A stretch of 64,000 nt of DNA from Octopus bimaculoides (lineage: Eukaryota), in contig NC_068983.1 in the NCBI RefSeq assembly GCF_001194135.2, positions 164,165,235 to 164,229,234 of the forward strand, written 5' to 3'. Every line of letters starts with the position of its first letter. Within the stretch, counting starts at the first letter, position 1. The notes beneath the pieces are model-generated. The model worked only from the letters and a program-made list of their open reading frames with translations, had not been told where the DNA came from and did not search any database. Positions 1-12,120 of this stretch are shown here, piece after piece. A program made the position numbers and the translations under genes.

Positions 1-73
<73 letters not shown>

Positions 74-376
74 CTGTGCTTGTCTTACCACCATCGCTTG
101 ACAACCGATGCTGGTGTGTTTACACCCTTGTAACCTAGCGGTTCAGCAACAGAAACCGACAGAATAAGTACTAGGCTTACAAAGAATAAGTCTTGGGGGT
201 CGATATGTTCGATTAAAGGCGGTGCTCCAGCATGGCCACAGTCAAATGACTGAAACAAGTGAAAGAATGAAATAATCTCTGGAAAATAGTTTACAGCTTG
301 ATGCTGTTGTTTAGATTTTGGTCATCTCTGACCAAGTAGAATTATGACCAAACGATGGTCAACGCTAACCATTCCA

Positions 377-480
377 CCTTAGGCATAATATACCTTAGGT
401 ATAGTATACCTTAGGCATAATATACCTTAGGCATAGTATACGTTAGGCATAGTATACCTTAGGCATAGTATACCTTAGGC
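377..480. repeat. 16-bp minisatellite, (CCTTAGGCATAGTATA) x about 6.5
   Basis: Directly visible tandem copies with single-base variants. Confidence 0.9.
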
Positions 481-659
481 TACATTAGCCTTTGTCTTTA
501 AGATGGTCGCTGGGGGATTAGAGAGTAAATTGGCTGCTATTTCTAGCAGGTCTAGATAGAACTTGATCATCAGCATGTTTGCAACTGGTTGTTGTTGTTG
601 TTGTTTTTAGCCCTAGGCGTACTCTTATTGAGCTCAACTATGATCAAAGAATATTCTGT

Positions 660-867
660 CTTCTTTTCAGATATACTGTCTTTTACTTGATTCAGCCATT
701 AGACTGCGACCATGCTGGGGCATCACCTTGAATTGACCCGAGTACATTTTTTAGAATTTTATCAATCACTTTTGCCAAACTGCTAAGTTGCAGGGATGTA
801 AACAAGCTAGCCCCAGTTGTCAAGCAGTGGTGGGAGATAAACACAGACATACACACACATACGCACG

Positions 868-916
<49 letters not shown>

Positions 917-1095
917 TGCATGTAGGTATGACAAGCTTCTTTCAGTTTCCATCTACCAAATCCACTCACAAGGCTTTGGTCGGCCTGAGGTTATAGTAGA
1001 AGACGATTACCCAACGTGACATGCAGTGGGACTGAACCTGGAACCATGTGGTTTAGAAACAAACTTCTTATCACAAAACCACTTCTGCATCTGTG
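660..1095 (-). mobile_element. tRNA-derived SINE family A (bipartite, central (TA)n/(TG)n)
   Basis: Matches the plus-strand copies at 14036 and 63058; another 3' half lies at 1-275 (+). Confidence 0.8.
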
Positions 1096-1956
1096 TATAT
1101 CTTGAACTTCATTGTTTAACTCATAAACTTTTATTTGAACGATATGGTGCAGCTTAAAGATGATTTAGCTGCTATTTCTTGCAGATCTAACAAAAAATTA
1201 TGCTTTACAGCTGTTCAAGATACATAGCAAAATTTTGCTTTATTTAAAGAAGCGAAAATCTCAAATAAGATATAACTGTCGCTGTCAACAACTTCCCGAT
1301 ACTTTCTGACACAAGACAAAACCAATTCTAAAGATGGAAATTATTCAAAAACATCCGTCACTTAAATGATAACAAATTTGTTAGGAATTGAAATAAATGA
1401 AATAAAATATAAGAAAAAAAAAACAGTGCAGTTTTGTTGAGCGGAAAATAATAATTTGAACAAAAGCAACATTTGGTGTCACTAGCAATTCAGAATCCAA
1501 ATTTTATCTATAGAATTTGTTTTTTTTTTTTAATCTTATAAACTCTCAGACAATTCTGGCAGCTGCCTTTGTCTACCTTTATGAGAATAAAAAAAAGAAG
1601 AAGAAGAAATAGAGAAATAAAGTGCAACTAATGAAGTGTTTAAATATCACATGATTAACAACTTTTGAATAACTATTCAGTGTCATGTTATATTCTGAGA
1701 GTTTAATAAGACCATCACATTTTGTGTGGGACATTGGAATTGGTTATTGAAGAACAAATGTGACAATTAACAGGAAAGGAATATGCTAGAAATGAATGGA
1801 CACCAGAATATTACTAGTATTTGCTTTTTTATTTTCTAGTGTGACAAGTACTACCCAAGTAGAATTTGAAATTAGAATATAGGGAAATGAAAGAACGAAG
1901 TTACGTTTATGAATTTCTGTTGCATGATTCAAAAGTAATGCAACACTTATTTCCTT

Positions 1957-2328
1957 CAAGTAAAACCACCAATAGAAGAGAATATGACCAAAGACTGCGT
2001 GTATTCCATCCCATGCAGCTGTGGTAGGTTATACAAAGGCGAAACATGTCACCCCCTCAAAGTAAGGGTAGACGAACATTGCAAAGCTGTGACAAGAGGA
2101 GATATTGATAAATCGGGTATAGCTGATCATGTATGGAAAAATGGAGACCACCTACTCCTGTGGGATGAAGTTAAAATAATAGACAGAGAACACCACTGGA
2201 AAATACGAAAATTAAAAGAAGCAACACATATGCTAAAACACAACAACCTCCTAAGCAGACCGAGTGCAGATGTGAACAGCATATGGGAACCGGTATTAAG
2301 GAAGGATAGAGAAATATTAGATTTATAA
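1957..2328 (+). mobile_element. Penelope/Poseidon-like retroelement 3' end: GIY-YIG endonuclease
   Basis: ORF has CVYSIPCSCGRLYKGET (VY..IPC.C...Y.GET), R..EH, SGIADH, W...KII..E and R..KEA motifs typical of the PLE GIY-YIG domain; 5'-truncated. Confidence 0.9.
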
Positions 2329-2339
2329 GCCCTAAAATT

Positions 2340-2590
2340 CACTCCATAATTGCATATGGCGTAGTGGTCAAGAGCGCGGGCTACTAGCCCCAAGATTCCG
2401 AGTTCGATTCCAAGCAGTAACCTGAACAATAATAATAATAACATCGAAAAATACCTTAGGAATGAGAACCCAGGTTCGAAATTTCCCTAAGACACCTGAA
2501 GAAGGCTGGAGAGTATATCAGTCAAAACATTGTGTTAACAACAAACAAGATGAGGACAAATATCCGTCAAATGTAAATAATGTAAATAAT
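2340..2590 (+). mobile_element. PLE terminal repeat (pLTR, family F1): tRNA-like A/B boxes, (AAT)n, hammerhead motif
   Basis: Directly follows the GIY-YIG stop. A-box TGGCGTAGTGG 2357-2367, B-box GTTCGATTCC 2402-2411. The same sequence recurs at 6151-6240, 7140-7300, 18078-18113 (-), 47390-47770 (-) and 47771-48175. Confidence 0.8.
2492..2535 (+). ncRNA. Degenerate minimal type-I hammerhead ribozyme motif (F1)
   Basis: ACAC-CTGAAGA-aGGCTG..CAGTC-AAAA-CATT-GTGT; stem I intact; GAAA and the ACGT palindrome are mutated in this copy. Confidence 0.6.
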
Positions 2591-2862
2591 ATACGATTCC
2601 TGATGTCATGTGTTGAAACAGATATTGTATTTCGGAATGGTAATTTATTTATTTATTTATTTTTGCCAAATAAACACATGCACTATAAATTCGTTCCTCA
2701 CTCATTTATTATTGTTCTAATTCTAACTCATGTCCATTGTCTGGGAATCTTTTGTCACACATCTGTGACCTCCTTAGCGACACTTTCCGTTTTCATCTGT
2801 GTTTTTGTTCTGTTTATTCCATTCTAATATAAAGTGTAAATCATGTTAGTTTACTACAATAT

Positions 2863-3540
2863 TGTATTTGAAGTAAAGATTGTTTGCCAACATAACATGG
2901 CAGTACTGGTTTAGGACGAATGTTGCTGTAATTTAGCCCCAGGAGATATCGTCTCCAGCTGGATATACGACACGATCTGTGTCCTTATATTTTTGAACAA
3001 AGGAATCTAGCACCCCTACTCAGTTCAAAAATATAAGGACACAGACAGTGTCGTATAGCCAGCTGGAGACGATGTCTCCTAGGGCTAAATTACAGCAACA
3101 TTCGTCCTAAACCAGGACTGCCACGTTATGTTGGTAAATAATCTTTACTCCAAAATACTGTTGCTGAATATCTCTCGTTACGAGATTTACAAATAGTAAT
3201 TTTCTAATATATAGATCAATGACTAGTTGTGACTTTGAAAACTATATATTTTGAACAGGAATTTGGCAGCACCACCTCTAACCAAACAATTATTCTGTGC
3301 TGATGAAGGGAAATAACCCAGAAATTGCGATACACAGATATTGTTTTGAGTTGAGATTCCCTTGTTTGAAAATATAAGGACACATCGTGTCGTATAGCCA
3401 GCTGGAGACGATGCCTCCTGGGGCAACATTCGTCCTAAACCAGGACTGCTATGTTATGCTGGCAAACAATCTTTACTCCAAAGTACTGTTGTTGAATATC
3501 TCTCATTGTGAGATGTACAATTAGTAATTTCCCAATATTG
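2863..3540 (+). mobile_element. Retrozyme-like non-autonomous PLE (family F2): inverted arm plus about 1.5 tandem copies of a 341-bp unit
   Basis: 2863-2998 is the reverse complement of 3023-3158. TATAAGGACAC recurs at 3032 and 3373 (period 341). A hammerhead lies at 3294-3338, just before the second copy. Confidence 0.8.
3294..3338 (+). ncRNA. Minimal type-I hammerhead ribozyme (F2), predicted cleavage after AUA at 3332
   Basis: TCTGTG-CTGATGA-aGGG aaataa CCCa-GAAA-TTGCGA-TA-CACAGA. Stem I has 6 bp, both conserved core boxes are intact, and stem III is the near-palindrome ATTGCGAT. Confidence 0.8.
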
Positions 3541-3953
3541 TATACTTGTTCCAAAATAACCAAGATTAATCTGCTAAACTAATATCCTTTCTACTATAAG
3601 CACAAAGCCTATTCTGGTGGAGGCAGAGGGTTAGTTGATTACGTCCACCTCAGAGCTCAACTGGTTCTTATTTCAACAATCCTGAAAGGATGAATGGCTA
3701 AGGTGACCTTGGCAGAATTCGAACTCAGAATGTAAAGACAGACAAAATGTTGGGAAGTATTTTGTTCTGTCTGCTAATCGTTCTGCCAGCTCACCACGTC
3801 AATCTGCTAAAGTAATATAGCATTTAATCCATGTACCTTTAAAGATAATCTGATTTAAAACCACAGTGAGATTCTGAGGCAACGGTGGGGCATAAGTACA
3901 TCTGCAGTTAATTTAAGGAAACTATGGTGAATATCTCATTGATTGTTTTAAGT

Positions 3954-4330
3954 TTAAAAGCTGCTATTAGTTGGATTTAGTATCGTTTTGTAAAGAGATA
4001 TCCGTATACCATTTCTCCAATTCTGTGGAACTAGTGAGCCATTCCATACATTAGCAATTACTATAGCCACATGATCTCTCATTATATTTCCATCATAATT
4101 AATATCCCCAGTCGATATAACCATCAGCTCCTGAGATATTTTTTTCCCCAAGTTAAACTGTTTTAATAACAAATTTTGACTTCCTCTGTTTAGGTTATTT
4201 TCCATTTCTTCAATATCAGGAATCTGTGGTTGGTCTTCTTTGATTTTTTTGTTTTTTGTTGATGAGTTGTGCAAAAGATCGATGAAATTCTTCATCCAAT
4301 CTCTTCAGAATCTTTTCAGTATCATTGATT
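3954..4330 (-). pseudogene. RTE-like LINE ORF2 fragment (region just upstream of the RT domain)
   Basis: Degenerate P..EE...K...G.D...I..VW....VP..W..G....LYK pattern. Confidence 0.6.
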
Positions 4331-6150
4331 AATCTTTTTGTTACATTTCTGTTGAACTATAATGTCTTCAATAAACTTTGAAAATAATGAAGACTTTTAT
4401 AAAACACCTTTGTCATTTCGTTTTTGGATTTGGTTTGTAAGATTCTTTATGTGAGTTCGTGTGTTGAAGAATATTCTGTTGTGCCTGGGGAGAGTCATTC
4501 TTCTTTTTGTGCCTTATAATTTAACACACTCACCGGTAAAATTTCCACTCATTTCTTTCTTTATTTTTCCTAAAATTTTCGTTGCGTCTTGCAACCTTTT
4601 CAATAGTTTTGACTCTGTCCGTTATTTACACTGCATTCCTTTCTGTTTGTTTGTGTGCATGTGTGTGGGTCAATGTGTGTGTGTGTGCCTATACATGCAT
4701 GTATGTATGTATGCATGTGTGTGTATGCATGTATGTGTGAGTGTGCATATGTATGTATTTATGTGTGTACATTTGTATGTATGTATTCTGCATATTTATG
4801 TGTTTGCATGTCCGAGTTTGTGTTTTTATGTATGTGCGTGCATGTGTGTGTGTGCTTATATATGTGTGCCTGTACCTCTGTCTCCTTGTGTGTGCATGTC
4901 TGACTCTGTATGTGTATGTGTGTGTGTGTGTGTGTGTGTTTTGCAACTATAAGCTGGTATTTGGTAGACCTTGTTGCTGTGGCCTGGATTGGAACCTGGC
5001 CATAATAATTGGGACAAAAATTGGCTTCAAGTTTTGGCCCCAAACCAGCAATTCCGAGGAAGGGTAAGCCAATTACATCAACCTCAGCGCTCAACTGATA
5101 TGCTCTTTATTGATTCTGACAGGACGAAAGGCAATAATCAACCCTGGCAGCATTTGAACTCAGAATGCAAAATCAGAAGAAATGTCGTGAAACATTTCTT
5201 CCGGCATGCTAACCATTCTGCCAGCTTACCACCCTACTTTGGAACATAAATTAACTGGAAATCTTTGATGGAAAACATTTTAGATCACTTATAAAATAGT
5301 TTGTATCTTACTTCTTGGAGGTGGTCTCAGGCAGCTCCGTTGTGTGACTTTTAGAGGCCTCCTGCAAGTTTTTGCTTCAAGGCCTCATCTCTTCAATCAA
5401 AATTCATAACCTACGCACATTTTATTCATAGCTATATTTTACTTTATTCTATCTGAAGTTCAATATTTCACATTAGCTTAAAGAACATCTTTAAAAGTAC
5501 AACATGGTAAATTTATTTCGGTCTATTACAAATTTCAATAAGTAAAATTTCCAGATATGAATAAAAGAGCACTTTTATAATCCAAGCAACTTTCAAAGAC
5601 AAACATGGTGCACTTTTTGTTTCACGAAATCATCGATCAGTGCAGAATAATCAAGCTAAGAGCCATGTTTGTGTTCAACGGATATCATAGAACAATCCAC
5701 GTTCGTGATGCAATGTAGTATTTTTACAAGAGCTTTTGCAGGTACAATGCATTACCATTTTATTTCTTGAAACTTTCAGATAACATCATCATCATCATCA
5801 TCATCATCGTTTAACGTCCGCTTTCCATGCTAGCGTGGGTTGGACAGTTTGACTGAAGACTGGTGGACCAGGAGGCGACACCAGGCTCCAATAGTTTAAT
5901 TCTTGTTCAACATTTTAACATGGGGTCCCTCAACCACGGAGCCCCCCCCCCCTGTGACTGCAGGGGTTGCAGGGGCTTAGTGNNNNNNNNNNCAACCACG
6001 GAGCCCCCCCCCCCTGTGACTGCAGGGGTTGCAGGGGCTTAGTGATGGCCCTACTCTCAGGTAGGTTTGGTACCGAAAAGATTATAAAACGATCTATATT
6101 TGCAACAGGGAAAAACAGTTGTTTGGTGAGGACCATATATCTTTTAACAA

Positions 6151-6240
6151 GCGTAGGGGTTAAGAGCACGGGCTACTAACCCCAAGATTCCGAGTTCAAT
6201 TCCAGGCAGTGACCTGAATAATAATAATAATAACTCGAAA
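6151..6240 (+). mobile_element. F1 pLTR fragment (tRNA-like head plus AAT repeat)
   Basis: GCGTAGGGGTTAAGAGCACGGGCTACTAACCCCAAGATTCCGAGTTCAATTCCAGGCAGTGACC matches 2359-2422. Confidence 0.75.
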
Positions 6241-6244
6241 AGCA

Positions 6245-6642
6245 CCTGGAGAGCACAGACCTCCACCAAGCAGCTCATTTTAAGATAGATACGCGAAAAA
6301 AATTACTGATAGAGAAACGAAAATAAACTTTAGAAACAGCAACGCCACCATAGGTTAAGTGGAAACGATGAACGTGCTTTCAAGGGAGATAATCAAAGAA
6401 CGTAACATTGTAATACTTCATGTAAAGTAAATATAACAAATGAAAAATCCTTCAAGAATCCATAAAAATTCCCGGATCACTACCAACATTTTCATCATTT
6501 CATCATCTGTTCCTTGTGTCATTACCAACTTTTCCTGCAAGTTTCATCAAATACCGTTCACAACTTTATGAGTTATTTTGCTCACAGACGGACAGGCGGA
6601 CAAACCAACGCCGATGAAAACATAACCTCCTTCCTTGGCAGA

Positions 6643-6650
<8 letters not shown>
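6245..6650. mobile_element. Non-autonomous interspersed repeat with subterminal inverted repeats (possibly Helentron/HINE-like); second copy at 14487-14850
   Basis: ACCTCCACCAAG near the left end and CCTTGGCAGAGGT near the right end; the 14.5-kb copy has the same architecture. Classification is a guess. Confidence 0.4.
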
Positions 6651-6706
<56 letters not shown>

Positions 6707-6744
6707 GATTTGCTTGTCAGTTGTTTGACCTTAACCAGCTGAGC

Positions 6745-7140
6745 ATGTCCCTTGGGTGCTGATGATCTGTGCACCTCTGATCATGAGCAGAAGTAGTGGG
6801 GGAGCATCATAGCCATGTGTTGAGAGGAATTCTTTGGGGTCTGAATAATTCACCTTTGGAAACATGGGTGTTTTGCTCAATATCCTTAAACAAACCTTAT
6901 TCAGGGACCTTTTAAGCGGAATGGGCTACTCGACCTGCAGAAAATTCTAACTGGGCCCCACCTGCGAGGTCATGCGCTGTTCATCTTGATATGAGATCAC
7001 CATGTCGCGCACATATGGTTGTGATGCATGTGCCTGGTGTACCCTTATCAGACAGGTAGTCATGATGGGTATAATGGGCTTCGTATATTTTACCCCAGTG
7101 TCACTTTGATGGCATGCACTGCTCTCTCACTCAGTAATAA
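6745..7140 (+). repeat. Interspersed repeat ending in a (TAA)n tail, probably a LINE/SINE 3' part
   Basis: Complex GC-richer sequence bounded by AAT microsatellites; family not identified. Confidence 0.4.
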
Positions 7141-7196
7141 TAATAATGTCGGAAAATACATTAGGAATGAGAACCCAGGTTCGAAATTTCCCCAAG

Positions 7197-7240
7197 ACAC
7201 CTGATGAAGGCTGGAGGGTATATCAGCCAAAACGTTGTAT
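7197..7240 (+). ncRNA. Minimal type-I hammerhead motif (F1) within pLTR fragment 7140-7300
   Basis: ACAC-CTGATGA-aGGCTG gagggtatat CAGCC-AAAA-CGTT-GTAT. Core CUGAUGA and ACGT palindrome are intact; GAAA reads AAAA. Confidence 0.65.
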
Positions 7241-7859
7241 TAACAACAAACAAGATGAGGACAAATATCCGTCAAATGTAAATAGTGTAAATAATGTAAA
7301 AAAGCTGAGCATTATTTTGGAGTCATTTTCGAGAATGTCCTCTTTTTGGAGAATGTCCTCTTGAATATCTGTTGGTATACTCAACCACCACATGTGTTCT
7401 TCAATGCCTTCAGTTCTTTCGGCAAAACTGATTTTTGCTGCTTCAAAAATTCCTCTATCTTCAAACTGGGGATAGAACGGTTCCTGGTATAATTTGGCAT
7501 CCATTCTTGAGTTATTCCCATCAAACCAGCATTGAGGACTTCTCAGAGACACAGCAATTATCTGCAGTTTTTTTGTGAAAAATCTAACAAATTCATTCCC
7601 TGGAGGTTTGTGGCTAGACTGACAGCAAAACATTTATGCTACATTTGCTCTGTCTTGGGTTTTGGGACCTGCAAATGTGTGTGTGTGTGTGTGTTCTTGT
7701 GTGTAGGTGGGGGGTATCGTAGTTGTTTCTTGTCTCCTGAATATGTGGTTCTTCCATTGTTGTAATAATGACTAAAACCAAGACAAAGCCCCATCCCCCT
7801 CAACTGGGAGGGCAGAGAAGGATTGAGATGGGGGGTGACTTCGTATCAAACTGAGGGGT

Positions 7860-7980
7860 TAACAGTACAGAGGGACAGAGACAGGCGTGTTGCTGTGAAT
7901 GTGTAGATTGCCCAGCTGGAAGGGAGAGACACACACACACACATCAACTGCTGCTGCTACTGCTGCAGCTGCTACTACTA

Positions 7981-8011
<31 letters not shown>

Positions 8012-8181
8012 CGCTGCTACTACTGCTACTGCTACTACTACTACTACTACTACTACTATCACCACCACTTCTACCACTACCACCACCACTACCACTACCA
8101 CTATTACTACTACTACTACCACCACCACCACTTCTACTACTACCACCGCCACCACCACCACCACCACCACCACCACTACTA

Positions 8182-8221
<40 letters not shown>

Positions 8222-8327
8222 AACACTAGCAGTAGAAGTAAAATCACTACAAACTATGGAAAGTGCTTCAACTGACGTTCTTGTGAAATGTTGGTAGCCA
8301 TCACCACAATAGTAGTAGTGGTGGTAT

Positions 8328-8366
<39 letters not shown>

Positions 8367-8700
8367 CAGCAGCAGCAGCAGTGAAATAAGTGTAAGAAAA
8401 CAAATTTCATCAAGGAAATAGATTTGTGATGAATGTGAAAATAATTATGATGACATTAGTTCTGCAGGCAATGGAGACGATGATGGTGATGATGATGATA
8501 GTGACAAAGATGATGCCATTATGAAAAGCAACGATGATGATAATGATGATGGTAGTGGTGGTTATGATGATGATGATGGCGACAACGATATTGATGACGA
8601 TGATGACAATGATGACGACGACGACGATGATGATGATGATGACAATGATGTTGATGACGATGATGGCAAATGATTTCTGTTGACTCAACCAGCCATGTTT
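7860..8700. repeat. Compound trinucleotide microsatellite field: (CTA/CTG/CCA)n, (TAG/CAG)n, (GAT/GAC)n
   Basis: Direct observation. Similar fields at 11190-11340, 13035-13180, 16685-16980, 22470-22570, 37480-37810, 38385-38535, 40430-40850 and 47580-47745. Confidence 0.95.
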
Positions 8701-9394
8701 ATTTTGGAGACATCTTAGAACAATGCTTTCCAACCTTCTCCTCACCAAGGAACCTCTTCATTTAAATCAATTTGACTTGACTCAGATTTGGTTTTATTCC
8801 AGGTACAATTTATGTGGGTTGCGGGTTACCACCTCTAACCTTACATATCCACAAGCTTTTGATCATCTTTTCTGTTGCATATGTTGTTCACACATAAAAT
8901 ACAGAACGTAAATAAAAAAGATGCATTTACAAAGAAAACAGAGAATAACAGAAAGGAAACCAAAACCGAGTCCAAAGACTCTATCTGATCTGATATAAAC
9001 GAAATTGTTACAAACACACATATGGACGCACATACTTACATATAAGCACGACCACATAGGTGCATGCACACATATGAGCGTGCACACATACGAACTTGCA
9101 CACACTCACATGCTCATACCGAACAATTTCAAACAATGCCAAATCATACATTCAAAATAAATGGAAGTGGAGAGACAAGTTACTGAAGAGATTGCAAGAG
9201 TGCAATGAAATGATTTAACAAAAAACTATATACTGTTTATAAATTAATAAAGGACTGAATCAGTGCGTGTGTTTATTACCGGCATAATGCCTCTCCCAAG
9301 GTTTAATTGTAATGATAATAATAATAATAATAATAATGATACATTTTGGATACGTTTTATTAGTGTTTTATTATGGTCAAATTTTATAACATAC

Positions 9395-9426
<32 letters not shown>

Positions 9427-11048
9427 AATTATTGTGTATAGTGCTCAGGTGACACTACAACCCAAAGTATATAAGACATTTAAGAGAATTGAGACATTTT
9501 TGCAATATCAATAAGTTTAATAAAACACATAGAATTCATCAAAGAATGGTCAATAATTTCTTTTTATTTTGATTAGCAACTTTTGTTACCATGTTTCTTT
9601 TGGAATACACTGCCTTTGTTTCAATTAGTTTTGAAAAATAATAAAAAATTTAATAAAATAGCTCTGTCATAATTAAGCTGTTGTTTGAAACATATTTTAA
9701 TATTTAATTTTGACGGAAGGTTTTAATTTAGATCAGTTTAAAGTAAGAAGCGTATATCATAGAACGAGGGACAGGCTCAGGCGGACTCGTATCAAAAGAG
9801 TTACAACAACTGGAAAATACAAAGATATGAATTTCAAGCTTTTATAGAGAAAAAACAGAAAATGGTGTGATATTTTCATGACATTATCAATATTAGTAAG
9901 AAGTTTCACCAAAGAATCAAAACTGAATTTTGGAATTATTGCATTGGGAAATTAACCCATGTTCTTTGGTGCTGAGATTTTCACAAGGTTTCTTCAAATT
10001 TGTAACAGAGATGGAATGGAGTGTTGTGATGTTCACATCATTCTCAAAGAAATTTAAGGAATTTGCAATTTGAATTGAAATTCACGGATTGTGTACATGG
10101 CTTTGTGGTTAAGAATTTTGTTTTTGCAACTGCATGGTTTCAGGCCACCACGCAGCAGCTCAAAGAAGTAATATTGACCGACATATTGTGTAGGAAATTT
10201 AGTAGATGGAAACAATGTGGAAGCCCACTATATACATATATATAGAGAGAAAGAATTATATAGAGTAAGTTAAATGATATATAACCAGTGTTTAGAATCT
10301 CCATGTGCATTCATATACAACAAAAGAGAAAACTGCATGGATAACACAGATTTCAGTTCCTGTTTCATTTCATTGGTCTCCATAGAAAAATCACAGAGAA
10401 CATAGAGGAAAGAAAAACCCAACAGGACAGTCTGTTTATAAACTATTTTGTCACACCATCATATCTAGGTTTCATTAATAATAATAATAATGATAAACAT
10501 TATGTAAAGTCGTTTGAAGTTATAAGCAGATTACACTAAGAAATCTTCAGAGATTGTGTAACACCTATATTATATATCAATGCGAGATGAGAACTGGTGC
10601 ATTTGAAGAGAAAGACACTGCAATATTATTGTCTGACTGAGTAATTTCCAAGTATTTCAATGACTGCTTTGTACTTTAAATCTTCTGCAAGTGCTCAAAT
10701 GAGTACAAAAGTACTGGATTCAACCCAATCAGTCGAAGCCCCCAGCAATGTCAAAACCAGTAAAAGAAGAATATAAAAAACAGAAAAATAGAACTACGAA
10801 TCAAAAGCGGGTCAAAAAGTTGCCTATTGGTGATTATTTATATATTTATTCTACAACACTTTCCTAAATAATTACAGAATTATTGGAAATCAATTTTAAT
10901 CAAGGAGTTTTTTTTTTCAATATTTATTTTACTTTTTCTTTCTTTTTTTTCCTTATTTAAAGTTATTTAATAGAAAAATTGAAAACAAGTTTGAAAATTA
11001 TATTCTTGTTGTTGTTATTATTGTTTTTCTTCTCACAATTCACATTAG

Positions 11049-11154
11049 TTATGATGCTGGTTGGATAAGCTTTTCACTTGGCAGCTTGGTGTATTTCTCA
11101 ATTAATCTATCAGCATATTGTCTCTGTTCTTTGGTCAGCTTTGTAGGAGAATTT
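11049..11154 (-). CDS. Probable terminal coding exon (R-NSPTKLTKEQRQYADRLIEKYTKLPSEKLIQPAS*)
   Basis: Acceptor tgtatattgtttcag|A at 11154; phase 2 matches the donor at 19378; non-repetitive helical peptide; AT-rich downstream region with AATAAA on the minus strand near 10921-10929. Confidence 0.65.
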
Positions 11155-11194
11155 CTGAAACAATATACACAATAAACAGCAACTACATCACTAG

Positions 11195-11235
<41 letters not shown>

Positions 11236-12120
11236 CCCACCACCATCACCACCAGTGTCATCATTGTTGTTGTTGTCATCGTCGTCGTTGTCATTGTCAA
11301 CAACAGCAACCAAACAGCAGCAACAGCAACAAGAAGAACAAAAAATGAATCGGTGAAACAAATCTGAAAGTACTTTCAAAAAATTTACTTTTCAAGAATT
11401 TAATTATTTTCTTTCTGATAACAGTTTTGCTTCTGGTAAATTGAGTCTTTTCTGTTCTGTGAAATGTGTGTGTGTGTGTGTGTGTTTGTGTGTATATTTC
11501 TCTGTGTGTTTGTATTTGTGTGTGTGTGTATGTGTATGCATTTGTGTGTGTGCTTGTGTGTTTATGTGTATTTATATATATATATGCATACATGTATACA
11601 CACATACAAATGTATATACATACATATATACATGCATACATTTATATATAATATATACACCTATGCTTCTATGTGTGCTTGTGTGTGTGAATTTATATAA
11701 TGCATAATTATTTGTCTGAGAAAGAGTGGTAGCCATGTTGAGTAGCAGTCACCCTAGACTGAGGGGTGGTGCCGGAATAAAAGGGATAGACTGGCGTTGC
11801 TGATGCTGAATTTGAAATATTGTGGGGCAGCAGGAAGAAGGAAGATGTGTAAAGAAAATGAATTGGAAAGAAATCCAGTTTTGAGAAGAAGAAAGTCTTG
11901 AGTAAAATGTGGCACTGTCTATGGTCTATAGGAATGGATTAGGAATGGATTAGAAATGGATATGGTGACAGAACAAGCAAGTTCAAAGAAATACGTACCA
12001 TTGTATTAGTGTGAGAAAATAAAGAAGGAAAAGCACAAAGGATATTGGGACGATGAACGAAGTAGAGTCCAACACTTTTAATGTTCAGAATTGTTGAAGC
12101 ATAAAATAAACAACCTAGTC

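Noticed and set aside
2355-2425. tRNA gene
   Set aside because: It has A and B boxes and an anticodon-like arm but no paired acceptor stem, and it is repeated as part of a mobile element; treated as tRNA-derived.
4461-5094. Many ORFs of CV/HT/YI/poly-amino-acid type here and throughout the window
   Set aside because: Translations of di- and trinucleotide microsatellites or N runs; no coding evidence.
5930-6045. Exact 52-bp tandem duplication (CAACCACGGAGCCCC...GGCTTAGTG)
   Set aside because: The two copies straddle a 10-N gap; most likely an unmerged contig overlap.
6759-6800. CTGATGA in the 6745-7140 repeat
   Set aside because: No downstream GAAA or stems.
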